A stretch of DNA of 64,000 bases from contig JAQGDQ010000868.1 of the NCBI GenBank assembly GCA_030141605.1, positions 1 to 64,000 of the forward strand, written 5' to 3'. A program made the translations under genes and the position numbers. Origin of the DNA: Tubiluchus corallicola (lineage: Eukaryota; Animalia; Priapulida). This document shows, in pieces, positions 1 to 12,392 of the stretch (position 1 is the stretch's first letter; each line of letters starts with the position of its first letter). Below the pieces are notes generated by a model. The model was not told the origin of the DNA and searched no databases. It saw nothing but the letters and a program-made list of their open reading frames with translations.

Positions 1-505
<505 letters not shown>

Positions 506-544
506 AAAGGTGAATGAAGTTAAACTTTAACAAAAAGTGCATAC

Positions 545-697
545 CGTGAACCGTTTAAAGACGCAGTGGTCAAACACTTTCTTTGTTTCTATAACTCTGT
601 CCCAGTTTGCCTGACTATACTTTTTTGCATAGTTATCAGTAGCTTCAAAAAACTGGCCTGCTTGAAGATAGCACACCAAACCGATCTTCTCACCATA
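545..697 (-). CDS. Cadherin-like gene exon 8 (YGEKIG...FEATDNY...KRFT), phase 0-0
   Basis: Acceptor ctgtttgtttcag, donor acg|gtatgc, 153 nt; lies within ORF 527..829. Confidence 0.72.
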
Positions 698-3600
698 CTG
701 AAACAAACAGAGATGAATCTCGAACATAGAGCAGTTTGACCCTTTTAGCCAAGGTAACAAGCACAACAAGCTAGAGATATCAACAAGAGCGAAAAATATT
801 GATGTGTATCGATTATTGTGTCGCTGCAAAAAATACGTTTTATCGTTGTCGTATCGAATTCAATGTGTGTTCGTGCTTATCGCATGCCGTTATAGAATCA
901 ATTCACTTCGGGTTTTTTATTTGTGCGCCAGAATTGTGCAAAAACTTAAAAAAAACAGATATTTTCATAAGATTGTTACTTTTTCTTCCTGCAATAGAGG
1001 CTGTCTTCAGTTGGAGTACTGACACACTAATGATAAGTGTGGTATTTTTATAGGGTACTTTTGCAATTACGTGCCGGGTGGTGCAGCTTGTGTGCTGGGT
1101 GGTGCAGCCCGCGTGCCGGGTGGTGCAGATCGAGTGCTGGGTGGTGGAGCTCGTGTGCCGGGTGGTGTCTAAATTATCTTTTTTCCTGACTTTTCCATGA
1201 CTTTCAAGGATAGCCTGTATCTCCAAAGCTTTTCCAGGACTTTCCCGACTGTGGAAACCCTGAGTTTATTACGGCACACATGATGAGAACAATAATATTT
1301 TGACGTAATGCATTATTTCACAACAATACCTCATACCAGTCCTTGTAACATTTTGCCATAAACGCCTGCGCTTTTTTGCAGTTTAGCGATGGGTGTGGAG
1401 GACATGACTGGTAGAAAGCTTCGTGGTCGCAAGCTTCGCCCTGCAATGTAAAAAAGGTGCAAGTAAAATTCCGAGCCTGTGAAAGTTGTAACTGTATATT
1501 TTAGGTGCTGCCATCTATTGATTAGTCACTTTAACATTTTACTAGTTAAACTCACCCCTAGTACAATTGCTCGGTCCAGTGAATATGCATACTCACTGGA
1601 TCTCCCCCTATTTTTCCTGTAATGGTATTTGTGAAGCCAAGTTTTGCATAGTTCTCTACCTATATATACTGGCTGGATTTAACTTCTAGCCACTGTCTAA
1701 ATTTCAGTGATCAGTCTGTTTCTAATCTTTCCAGCCATTACAAGTCTACATAACTATTATTCCAAATATAATGACCATTATAATTGTGGAAGTTGTAACT
1801 GTATATATTTAGGTGCTGCCATCTATTGACTAATCACTTTACATTTACTAGCAAAACTCACCCCTAGTATAATTGTTCGGTCCAGTGAATATGCATACTC
1901 ACTGGATCTCTCCCTATTTTACTGTAATGGTATTTGTGAAGCCAAGTTTGCATAATTACCTTTACATATATATACTGACTGGATTCTACTTCTAGTCACT
2001 CTCTGTCACGTTCTCAGTGCATTGCAGTCATGCTAGTCGTGCTACACACTGTCTAACTCACACTCTCAGTGCAGTGCAGCAGTCGTGATCCTCATTTTAC
2101 TCATGTGTATGTAGTATAATAAACGTGTTTCAGTTTCTGTGCAGATATGTAATATAGTGTTCGTTCGCTTTCTACAAGTGTTCAACTACAACCACATACA
2201 TGACTTTCACTGAGCCTACCAAGTAAGAGAAGTAAGACGTGCAGTTTACCATTCCACAATTGGTTTGAAGTTCCTTACCGGGTTCATTACCGTTACTTTT
2301 AAGATAAGAGACATGGCTAGCAAGTCCAGCTAGATGTTGGTAAGAAAGATAGGTGGTTTTAAGCTAACAGAAATCAACTAGTGAGCAGAAACGTGAGCAA
2401 AACTCATAAAACGCTTAATTTATGTGGTTTAAGCAGCATATGATTTTTGCCTTTGGGATGTATCCCAATTCCCTTACATTATTTTCTATAGAAATCTTGG
2501 TTGGTATTTTGCTTAATGTTGCGTTTTGCTGGAACACATTAGTGTCGTTAAGCGAGGATTTACCATACAACAGGGGTGTGCAAATTGCGGCCCGCCAAAA
2601 GCAATTTGTGCAGCCCACTAAGAGATTTGTCAACCTAATGAAAGTGCGGCCCGGGCGATGAATTGAGTGTATCCAGCTGAAGTCCGTGCCACGATCCCAA
2701 AGATAGTGCGGGTAGTTTTTTCTACTAGATCGGATGCCATTAACCCTTACAAGACGGTTGTAGCTTAATGTCACTGTACTACACAGACTGTGTGATACAC
2801 ATTACTAATATGCATTGTAATGAAATTACCACTATCTGTCCTGAAAGTAGAAATATATGATTTGTAATATAAATTTTAATAACTTCTAAAATAGTTTCTT
2901 GAGTGTAGTAGTGTAGTAGTAATGATGTACGCAGGTCGGATGCGTAAAAATCGTTATCAGGCCTTTCTGTACTTGGCTCCTTGACCAAACTGCTTGTGGA
3001 CTGCAGGAATTGCGGGAAAGTTTAATGTGGCCCGGCTAGTCTGATAATTTGCACACCCCTGCCATACATTATTAATGACAGCTATTCAAAATCAAAGTTC
3101 CAATACTGGATTAATTGGCATTGGTTAATTGGTAACATTCAAAATTTTTTTATACTAATTTCTAATGTGCAATCTTGACACACACTACGTAACAGTTATT
3201 GTCAAAAACAAAAGCACAACTTGCATTTTTGTAAAGCCAGGCATACATACAGTTTAGCACCAGTTCATATGGTTTGTTGATATCAAAATGCTCTTGATTC
3301 TGAAAAAATATAAGAAAACGCAGTCTACATACCACTTGTCACGGATTCCCGTGATTGAGTTCTATTCTGCTATTATACCTTTCATTTACAGCATTGCAAA
3401 CTAGTTTATTCCGGTTCTATGACCTTTGCAAATTTATCTAGAGTGATTCAATTAGGTTAACCTTGAATTATTCATACGGGCTTCGTTCCGAAGCTATAAA
3501 TTCCTTCGTCACCCTTGTACAGGGGAGCATTTGACGTTTGCTTTTCCTACAAGCAGACGTCAAATGGTCCGCCTAATTCGTTAAGTGATTTTTTCCCCTT

Positions 3601-6600
3601 TCTTTACTAGTTTTTATGGTTATGTGCTATTGTGTATCTATAATTAAGTTTACTGCTGTTATAAGTAGTAACTATGTAATTGCGACAAATCTTGTGAATT
3701 GAATAAATTTTATTTGGGTGGCCACTCCTTTTAATCCAATGGTTATGCGGTTTTTGTTAAGAGTCAAAATTTAGTCTAAATTATATGTTTCAGTAACAGC
3801 AAACCATTCTAATTATCAACTCGTAGACTTAAGCGTTATGCACCTTTCTCTATAAAAAATATACTAGACTATATACACTTCCACGTAATTGTTTAATTAA
3901 GAACCAGGCCGATGTCTCTCCCACAAACTTACGAAAATTTTTCACACCACTTAATTGTTAAAGTTTTATTGATTCAATTTATAATATTTGAACCGAATTC
4001 GAATTGAGATTGAACGATTTTCGAACAAGTTTCGAACCACCAGTAAAAATTAGTCTTTCAAAGATCATGCATATCACTAGATTTTGTTCTGCAATAAAAC
4101 GACTAGTAATTTGTTTAAAGTTGTATGCAGAAATCACAGCTAAATTATGCTAGTTGCATCTTGTTTCAATCGTTTTAGTGATCAGGAACATATGTGATTG
4201 AAGTGCTGAATTATTCGAATCTAGAGTTTTGGATTCGAATCGAGTTCGAACTGAAAAAACTCGTTTTTTCGATGTTCGATGCTCACCCCTAATTATCACA
4301 GTAGTATTATTCATAATTAAATATTTCATATTGTTATATTGTGTAAAAGATAAGAATAAACTGAATTGAACTGAGTTGAATTGATAAATATGGTAAACGC
4401 TTTGCATTACTAACAAATAGTGAAAATACGTTGAGTATTAAAATACATTTCTCAAAACAAGTGCCATCTAGTGGTTAATTTCTAAACAAACCACACCATG
4501 AATAACAATCTATTACCATGAAGTCAACAATGTCAACCTTCAAGAACATCTTCCTGGATTCAAACTCAAAACTGAAAAGACTATTGTTGCGCAGATATAT
4601 CACACCCGTTTCCTCATTGATTCCGTGGATTTCTGGAATACTCCAGGAATATCCTGCAAGAGAATAAATGACATTTCAAACTTGACCCGATGTTATCTAA
4701 ACTTGTTTCAAACGACTTACCATTAAATGGCTGCGACTAACGAACATTTTTTATAAATTTAAAAATTGACAAGTTTTATACAGCGCTGTTGCTAACTCTT
4801 CATGCAGAAAGACAGCCACATCAGTGATACCGAACTTCAAGACAAAGTTTTTGAACTTTCTTGGCACAGAGCGTTTTCGCGTGCCTTAACCCTTTCGGTC
4901 CCAAATTATTTTTTTAATAAGAAAAAAAATTTTGGCTTGGTACTTTTGTTCCCAATGTATCCCAATGCATGTGGGATGCACAACATTCTTTGTCATGTGC
5001 AAAAAACAAAGTCTGACTTTTTTAAAGACACAACAAAAGCAATAAATGTGCTTCATTTTGCAACTGCTAATAATTTTTTAAAGTATTTAAGACATTTAGT
5101 GTGCATGTTATGTTGATCTGTACAAAGTCGTGTCTAAAGTACTGTACCTTGCACAGTTTTTTTATGCTATGTAGATTTTCTAGTTTGCCATTTAATCACC
5201 ATTTTAGTCTATTGTTATTGGCTTAAATCAAAATAACTATTAACAGATCAAATAACTGTCAGTTTTAAAATTTTATTAATTTTAAAGGCAGAAAATATTC
5301 TCGTATCCCACGGGATACAACGGGTATGAAAGGGTTAAAGTGAATATACTTGGTGTCTAGCACTGCATGTAACATATTGGACTGCTGTCCGCTTTTAACG
5401 GAGGCAGGACGAATGGCACCGCGGCCCACACCTTGAGGCATGTCTCAATTAAGTTGCCCAACGCCAAACCCAAAACAAAACCCGAATAACAGAGTCGAAA
5501 CGACTATTTTTTACTACATATCACACCCCCGATAAGGAACAAACAGCTTACCTAGAAGAACAGAGTTTGCAGCAAAGCCTGTGAAATGTGAACAGAGCTG
5601 CAATGAAAGACACGACCACTGACAAGGATCTACAGCAGACCTTCCCTTTTTATAAGCTCAGGCATGCACGTGACTAGCGGCTTTTACTAACACAAGGTCA
5701 GAATACGAGTCTGTGTGCTAGATAAAGCCACATTCACATGCACACCTGACAAGGGTCTACAGCAGACCTTCCCTTTTTATAAGCTCAGATGTGCACGTGA
5801 CTAGTGGCTTTTACTAACACAAGGTCAGAATACGAGTCTGTGTGCTAGATAAAGCCACATTCACATGCACACCTGACAAGGGTCTACAGCAGACCTACCC
5901 TTTTTATAAGCTCAGGTGTGCACGTGACTAGCGGCTTTTACTAACACAAGATCAGAATACGAGTCTGTGCCAGATAAAGCCACGTTCACATGCGCATCAG
6001 AGAAGTCTACTGTATTCCCCTGCCAGCACTACACTTCATTTCATCACAGCGCTGCAGTACAATATTTTCACGTCTACCTAGCAAGTTACGAATGTGAAAA
6101 CTAACTGTAAACAGTCAGTCTCATTAGTAAAAATAACTGCTTTTAACCTCCACTGTATAAATGAAAGCCGCATTATTGTTAAAACACTAGATCAATAGTA
6201 AGACCATTTGTATAGCATTGATGGTACGCAAAAAAAAATCATAAATTTAAAAGTAAATAATACGATGTTAAAGAATATGAACTTGCAGACAGAATTATTC
6301 ACGGCATCTAATCTTTCGTGTTTCTGTTTTCAAATATTTTTCACCTGAAAAACTGAAAAAATTTTACATACCTTCTTTCTCGCTTTCTAAAACTTGTAAA
6401 GTCCAAGGAGGTTTCTGTAAAACTGGATCGCAAACTGCAAGAAATTCCAAGGAGACACATTAAAGCCGTTTCACACTGACCAAAGAAAAACTTAGATTGT
6501 GTGCAAACCATCCTATAATTTTATTACAACTAAAGGAAAACAGGATGACTTTTCATATCCTACTGCATTTTGAAGTTTGGTAAAAAAGTATACATTTCAA

Positions 6601-7220
6601 CACTAATAACACTACAAAACCATTTCTGACAAATAAACGATAGAGTAACATCTTAGTTAGTAACCCAACGAACCCAACAGTGTGTTGTGGTAAAACTCGG
6701 CAACTTTTGAGACCTGTATAAATTCAGCTTTACCACTGTGCTCACGTGCTTACTCGGAAATATGCAGTACATCACAAATGAACGTCTCTGAATTGAGAAC
6801 TACAAAGCATGTTTTTTTTGGGGTAAATACGTTTCGAAAATACAGGCGCTAGTGCCCATCTAACTAACGAATGGCAAAAAGCATGTAGCAGCAAAGAACT
6901 AGCACCCCCCCCCTGCAATGCAAAATTGGGTTTCTGTGGTAATAATTCTTCTTTCACGTAAACCAACAGTTTCAGATTGGGTCTGGTTTTCCTGTAGATT
7001 TCAGAGATTATAGTACTACTTTAGTCACTTGTTTTTCTCACTCAGTAATAGAAAAAATTCACCTACTGCGTATACAAATGAACTTATTTTTGTCGGGATA
7101 TTACATGTAACAAATAAAGAATACCGACTTACGTTTAAGACCATAGCTCACACCTGTACACAGCATCATGATGAAGACAGTTACATTCACATCCAGTCCA
7201 ATACTCAGGCTGTATGTCAT
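545..7220 (-). CDS. Multi-exon gene, 5' part (continues off left edge): signal peptide + divergent cadherin-like extracellular repeats
   Basis: Eight GT-AG exons chain with compatible phases into a stop-free 222-codon frame: 7220-7133, 6434-6372, 5578-5552, 4653-4517, 3299-3251, 2316-2279, 1440-1330, 697-545. Product MTYSLSIGLDVNVTVFIMMLCTGVSYGLKLCDPVLQKPPWTLQVLESEKEGFAANSVLLGYSWSIPEIHGINEETGVIYLRNNSLFSFEFESRKMFLKVDIVDFMNQEHFDINKPYELVLNSMSLILKVTVMNPGEACD...WYEYGEKIGLVCYLQAGQFFEATDNY. Cadherin assignment is by motif resemblance (VxExxxxG, YELVL, LKVTV, FEATD). Confidence 0.7.
1072..1263 (-). mobile_element. Non-autonomous DNA-transposon fragment (CAGGGTTTCCAC end) with an internal 21-bp tandem repeat
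   Basis: Reverse complement of 1180-1263 (cagggtttccacagtcgggaaag...gaaaagtcaggaaa) resembles the element at 14139-14568. About 4.5 copies of gtgccgggtggtgcagcttgt at 1072-1167. Confidence 0.55.
1330..1440 (-). CDS. Cadherin-like gene exon 7 (GEACDHEAFYQSCPPHPSLNCKKAQAFMAKCYKDWYE), phase 0-0
   Basis: Acceptor ccttttttacattgcag, donor gag|gtattg, 111 nt, open in phase 0. Confidence 0.68.
1483..2001. repeat. Local direct duplication (~215 bp x2)
   Basis: aagttgtaactgtata...ggtgctgccatctattg...cttctag occurs at about 1483-1697 and 1790-2001 with high identity. Confidence 0.9.
2279..2316 (-). CDS. Cadherin-like gene exon 6 (MSLILKVTVMNP); alternative acceptor would start the exon at 2329
   Basis: Donor ccg|gtaagg (phase 0). 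Acceptor ttgctag gives phase 1 and matches exon 5; acceptor catctag gives phase 0. Confidence 0.55.
2571..3061. mobile_element. hAT-type MITE
   Basis: TIR caggggtgtgcaaatt / aatttgcacacccctg; 8-bp TSD ccatacaa / ccatacat. Confidence 0.88.
3251..3299 (-). CDS. Cadherin-like gene exon 5 (NQEHFDINKPYELVLN), phase 0-1
   Basis: Acceptor tattttttcag, donor act|gtatgt, 49 nt. Confidence 0.7.
3337..3935 (+). repeat. Dispersed repeat, second copy at ~17035-17775; starts TGTCAC (possibly LTR-like)
   Basis: Shared blocks such as tcgtcacc(c/t)ttgtacagg, cctacaagca(g/a)acgtca and taagcgttatgca. Confidence 0.75.
3985..4291. mobile_element. TTCGAA-rich MITE-like repeat; inverted copy at ~16412-16802
   Basis: 4040-4265 is the near reverse complement of 16430-16650; termini resemble atgctcac(c/t)ccta. 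Confidence 0.75.
4517..4653 (-). CDS. Cadherin-like gene exon 4 (GYSWSIPEIHGINEETGVIYLRNNSLF...VDIVDFM), phase 1-0
   Basis: Acceptor tttattctcttgcag, donor atg|gtaata, 137 nt, open in phase 1. Confidence 0.75.
4890..5334. mobile_element. piggyBac-type MITE
   Basis: TTAA|ccctttcgg ... tatgaaaggg|TTAA. Confidence 0.75.
5552..5578 (-). CDS. Cadherin-like gene exon 3, 27-nt micro-exon (GFAANSVLL), phase 1-1
   Basis: Acceptor catttcacag, donor tag|gtaagc, frame-preserving. Confidence 0.6.
   Translation of the reverse strand, partial: ALLQTLFF
5619..5998. repeat. 127-bp tandem repeat x3
   Basis: Units begin ctgacaagg at 5619, 5746 and 5873. Confidence 0.95.
6372..6434 (-). CDS. Cadherin-like gene exon 2 (LCDPVLQKPPWTLQVLESEKE), phase 1-1
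   Basis: Acceptor tttcttgcag, donor aag|gtatgt, 63 nt. Confidence 0.7.
6770..6960 (+). repeat. Dispersed repeat; second copy at ~18070-18230
   Basis: Shared aaatgaa...ctctgaa(t/c)tgaga, caggcg...cccatctaa and ggtaataattct. Confidence 0.6.
7133..7220 (-). CDS. Cadherin-like gene first coding exon: signal peptide MTYSLSIGLDVNVTVFIMMLCTGVSYG-LK
   Basis: ATG with A at -3, hydrophobic core, donor aac|gtaagt (phase 1); acceptor AG places the exon start at 7299. Confidence 0.68.
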
Positions 7221-7416
7221 AATCCTTCTCCAACTTCTATACCAGGTTCTATACCTTGTCTTGATGTAATAATATAAAACTGGGCATCCACTATCAATCC
7301 TATAATCTTAAATATGAATTTTTATTTAATTAGTTTGGAGACATAAATTAATGTAATATTTAGAGTAAAAAATCAATAAGCCTTTTCACAGTTTTAACAG
7401 TTAGCTAGAACTTTAC

Positions 7417-7570
7417 CTGGTTTATTTTTCCTTGTTCCCAAGCAAGATCCTGCTAGTAAATCACTCTACGCACAGACTAAAGCATAATTAACTAAAGTCC
7501 ATGTAAAACAACTAAAGTTACTGAACTGATGTGGCAGTTGGTTTGGCTTTACACCCTTAAGTCACGTGGC
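7417..7570 (-). promoter_or_regulatory. Putative non-coding exon 1 / core promoter of the cadherin-like gene
   Basis: Minus-strand donor CAG|GTAAAG at 7417, Inr-like TCAGTT at ~7524-7529, CACGTG E-box at ~7563. Confidence 0.35.
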
Positions 7571-8228
7571 GGTTGTGTGTTGCTTGGTTTCACTTAACCT
7601 TTGACCTGCAGCAAATGTACGTATGCAAGACGAGACTGTGAAAAGGCTTTTCTACTTTGCCGGCAAAGTTTTTTCAGCCAGAGTTTTCTAGGGTAACGGA
7701 AACAAGACTAATCAAGTATTCATATCACCAAAAACAAGCAATGCATACAAGGATGGTGAGATACAAGCGAAGACAATGCAGATGGAAAAGTTATGAATGC
7801 AACGAAGTTGGAAGAAACGAGAGAGGTATAATTTTAAATAAAACTGAATATGGATAAAAGCATGTTTTGGTTAAAACAAATACGGTTCAACATCGAGTTC
7901 ATTTTAGCATTGATAATGGTATTTTTTGCCAAAATGACTGTTCATACTAAAAAAAGCATATCAATTCTTGAAAGCTGGCTCTTTCATAAATATGTCCAAA
8001 AACAACATTCCAAACGAAAACACTATTAAATCTGAAAAGAATGTGAAACGAAAACCACGTGCAGTCAGAACTTCATAATATTTTATTGCGCATGCGCTCC
8101 CAAACTGCTGTTGCTAGGGAACAGACATCATCATCGAACTGTCTTTCAAAGTTCAGCTCCGTACTGTTTCACAAAGCTGAAATCGGTGCATTTCAAAGGC
8201 GAAATTACAGAAACATTTTGGATATTAT

Positions 8229-9608
8229 CTGTATAAATAATCTGCAAAAATCTGTTAATGAAGAAATAAAGAAAATAGAACTGTGGATGAGGGCAAACCA
8301 GCTATCAAATAACTACAAAAAAACCAAATTTATGATAATCAGCAACAAGCAAATTGACAATGCTAATAATTCAAAATTTCATATTATAATAAACAAACAC
8401 AAAATTGAAGAAACAGACAACATCAAATACTTGGGCCTACTCATTGATAATACATTAACATGGGAACTACATATAAAACACATAACATACAAATTAAGTC
8501 GAATTACTGGAATAATTGTAAAAGTAAGGCACCACCTAGACCAATATATTCTGAAACTTCTATATAATTCATTAATTTTCCCTTATTTACTATATTCCAT
8601 CTTAACATGGGGTACGGCTTTTGCATCAATACAAAAATTAATACAGACACAACAAAACAAAATAGTAAAATTAATAACTTTTGCTCGCAAATATGATCAT
8701 GCTACACCATCGTTCGTAAAATTACAAATTTTAAAGGTAAGAGATATTTACAATCTTGAGTTGTTCAAATTTATGTATAAATTCAATGCTGGCTTATTAC
8801 CCGAACTTTTTAGTGAATATTTCACTAATGTTTCTGATATACATTCCTACTTCACAAGAGCTGCTTCTAATGAACAGCATTTTGTGGAGAGATTTTTTAC
8901 CCGACACGGTTTAAATAGCTTAAAATCACAAAGAGTTAAATTATGAAACTCGTTGCCAAAAGATACCTTTGAAGGTAGCTTATTTTCTGCTTCGAAAAAA
9001 TACACAAAATTCTTACTAAATGAATATACCTGTAGTACATAACTTGTAAGACTAATAAGCAAGGTAGCAAGTTTTTTTTCTCTTTTTTCTCCTCATCTCC
9101 TAAGTAATTGTTGCTCCTTCTCATACTTTCTTTTCCTCTTAAATTTTTCTATATTACACTTCTTTGATACTTATTTTATCATTCCATACTCTCAGTTTTT
9201 TAACTTTACTCACTAACTTTGGTCAAATTCCCCTGTTAATAAGACTCCATTTGAAACGACTACATGTGATAATACTAATTACTGAATAATTGTATTGTTT
9301 TGTATAGATATTGGTATCCAACTTCATTATTTTTTTTGTTTTCAGTTCTTTTTGGATAATTTGTATCATTTATACTGTTTTTATTTGTATTTTTTCTTAT
9401 TTGATTTTATTTTTGTTATCAGCAGCATCACCATTAATTTTTAATATTACTAATCTATTTATAAGAAAGGGCAGGAGACTAGATGACCCTATGGTCCTTC
9501 CCTGCCCTGCTCCATGATTATAATTACGTAATATTTAAAAAACGTTTGATGTTAAACTAACTGAAGCAAATAAATGTTCTATGTCTATGTCTATATCTAT
9601 GTCTATGT
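8229..9608 (+). mobile_element. 5'-truncated LINE of the CR1/L2 (Crack-like) group: ORF2 3' part + 3' UTR + (ATGTCT)n tail
   Basis: ORF 8059..8946 carries KYLGLLIDNTLTWELHI...LYNSLIFPYLLYSILTWG, typical of the post-RT region; AATAAA followed by short-repeat tail at ~9569-9608. Confidence 0.88.
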
Positions 9609-9611
9609 ATT

Positions 9612-9962
9612 AGATGGCCAAAGAAAATTTCAAACAAAGATCTATATGAAAAAATAAAAGAAGAACCTTGGACATGAAAAATAAAAAGACGCCGTTTAAG
9701 ATGGATTGAGCATATGCGTAGACTACCTTATGATATTGCAGTGAAGATAACTCTTCAACAAGCCATAGAACCACCTAAAAAACTTGCAGGAGGACAAATC
9801 TTAACATATTTAGATTTTGCACAGAAAGATTTAAACGCTTCAGCATTGGTCCTTAGAAATAAATCTACTTGGGGCATTGCGGCAAGCAGGGAGTCCTGGC
9901 ATAATGAGGTGAGCAGAATCATGTCACTGGACGTGTGATTCATTGGATGATGATAATAATGA
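9612..9962 (+). mobile_element. RTE-group LINE 3' fragment (degenerate)
   Basis: WPKKISNKDLYEKI...*KIKRRRLRWIEHMRRLP resembles the RTE C-terminal RLRWxGHxxR motif; in-frame stop; TGA/TAA tail. Confidence 0.7.
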
Positions 9963-10369
9963 ATTTCCAAACCGATTTGTGTAAAGGTGAGCACTGAGCA
10001 CTGTGAGCAGCCAAATCTTCTACCTCGGCTGAAAAAACTTACACCCAGACAAGGCTTGCAATTCCTATCTCATGACGTTTCTTCACCATGTCACTTTTCT
10101 TGAGTCCATACCACTGCATTCTCTTTAGACGCATGTAAAGGGCAGCATTTGCATGGATGCAATTTCTCTATGCTGCAACAGATGTTTGTGCTACAATAAT
10201 AAAAAATAAAAGATGCTACATACAAGGTAGTGCGATCAGAACTAGCATTAGAATAAATGTGAAAGTAAGTATACTAGCGCAGCCTATTATATCGACTAGA
10301 AGGAACATAATTATGTCAGACGACTTGGGCTTTGACATTGTCACTTGTGATTGATTTTTACGATAGGTG

Positions 10370-10825
10370 GGCTTCTTTTAGCCACGGGGGGGGGGGGAGG
10401 AGCCAGCCCAACTCAGTGCCGGTCCCAAGCCTGGATAAATAGAGAGGGTTAGTGTCAGGTAGGGCATCCACCTGTAAAAACTGCGCCAAAACCTTCTATG
10501 AATGAGCCGGTGAGACTTAAAGGTAATGTCCACAAAGGAGTGGTCAGGCCCGCTCTAATCTATGGGCTGGAATCAGTTTTCTCTAAAGAAGACCGAAGAG
10601 AAAAAAGTTGGTGTGGTGGACATGAGGATGTTGAGAAGGATGGTGAGAATAACAAGAAGAGATAAAATTAAAAATAATAATATCAGAGGAACAGTAAAAG
10701 TAGTGGAAGCCTCGCAAGATTGCGATGGTACGGACACCTGAAAAGAAGAGTCGGTGAAGATCATGTGGGAAGGGAAGACATAAATGAAGAGATGGCCAAC
10801 AACAGGAATGTGTGGAGAAGACTCA
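10370..10825 (+). mobile_element. Non-autonomous RTE (Rex3/Expander-like) remnant
   Basis: 5'UTR-like cagtgccggtcccaagcctggataaa...gggcatcc directly followed by VVRPALIYGLES...MRMLRRMVRITRRDKIKNNNIRGTVKV-like coding remnants. Confidence 0.65.
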
Positions 10826-12259
10826 TTTTTGCATTATACTGAGGTGCATTCATATCTATGCAAATATAAACATTGGTTTCGCCAAAAATTTACCCGTTAA
10901 GCAGGGTTGGTGTTGTAAAGGGGTCATTATAACGAGGTTTCCCTGTTGTGTAATACATGCACTATTGTTAATTGTTATTTCACATGCTGCATTGTCTTTG
11001 ATGTGCACAAAAATTTAATTCGTATTTGCATAATTATAGCCTTTGAGTAATGGGATTTTGATGAATTGTATGCTGAAATGCTCATCGTAGCCAGTAGGTA
11101 TGTAACTGTTGCTTATGTTTACATATATATATTTCTTTTTATGACTTTAACAGAATGTGCAGTGCATTAGTTACTTGGAGAAATAATGTTTTCTGTTTCT
11201 CCCGATAGGTGGCAGTGTGATGATGTGAAGTGACTTGGCTATATTTTGAACAATCAACATAAAAGAAATACTGATTACTTGAAAAGCTATTTGTATACAT
11301 AATTATATTTGAATAAAATTGTAAATAGATCACTTTTTAAAATTTATATGGCAGTTGCTATGCACAATCAAAACCGCTTTGATAATCCTGATATGCAGAT
11401 GTAGCATTATGCATACATGTATAAACTTTAGTTATAACTGGAAACTATCTCACTTTTCTATGTTTTAAATTAAAATAACTAATATCTGTATCTTGCAAGT
11501 TTGTTCAAAATTTACACTACATGGGTATCACACACGCATGCACGCACACAGGCACATACACTAATTATTATTATTTTTTGCATATTCATAAAGTGTTACA
11601 ATAGTTTATTTAGATATGGGTTAAATGTAACCAATTTATACAAGACAAATTTTAATAGGAAACAAATTTAGAAGACGTTTTTGGAAACTAGCATGTTGTT
11701 ACACATGACCCAGCAGAACCAAGAAAACGGTTCTAGACGTTGCATGTAATCCTCTGAAAGCAAAAGATTTTTGTAAAATTAAGAGAAATCTTGAGAGCCA
11801 ATGAGTTTTTATAGCGCATTTCTTTAGACTGCTTACATGTTGAAGTTTTTTGCAAAAGGTTATTTTTCCCAAACCACTGCTTCTGGTGCTAGGAATGTGT
11901 CAATTGTCTAATGAATAATGCCTATTAATGTTCTTGTTGTTTTCTGTTCTCAGAGCTTTCGAATCAGGGCTGCATTATCAGAAGGTGCTTTATATTATGT
12001 GACATAAAGAGGTTCAGTTTGTATATCAGGCAGCTTGCCAATAGTTATAATGTTAACTATATAAGATAGTTTGCAGAAAATTTACTTTTGGCAATTAACT
12101 CATGTGCAATTGATTAATATAAATTAAGAGGTTTGGTTAGGTTGTTCAAGAGCAGTTTGCGCATAATTCAAGGTATTTACTTAGCTTCCATGCATTTCTA
12201 TTTTGTTTCAACAGTAACTAGATTATTCACGTATTCCGCTTTTTAATTTTTAGCAATGC

Positions 12260-12392
12260 AGCTTATTATAGTCAATACCGTTTCGCATCAGTAGTTTAGG
12301 TCCATCAAGGTGCACACGAGGAATGCGCGTAATTATCTCTGGTTGCTATGCGTGCGAATTTTCTGATGGAGTGTTTTATTGCAGTTACCAAG
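12260..12392 (+). promoter_or_regulatory. Candidate TSS / non-coding first exon of the WSC-Ig gene
   Basis: TATA-like ttattata ~12264, Inr-like TCAGT ~12288, donor AAG|GTAAAT after 12392. Weak motif-only evidence. Confidence 0.25.

Noticed and set aside
2004-2207. Short solo LTR (TGTCACG start, AATAAA)
   Set aside because: No clean terminal CA, no matching TSD and no second copy in the window.
4721-4736. Extra 16-nt (or 10-nt) micro-exon of the cadherin-like gene (donor atg|gtaagt)
   Set aside because: Inserting it after the 5552 exon gives an immediate stop, and I found no compensating exon.
8059-8946. 295-aa ORF as a host gene
   Set aside because: It is the 3' part of a LINE ORF2; the first ~55 codons are unrelated flanking DNA with a GTG start.
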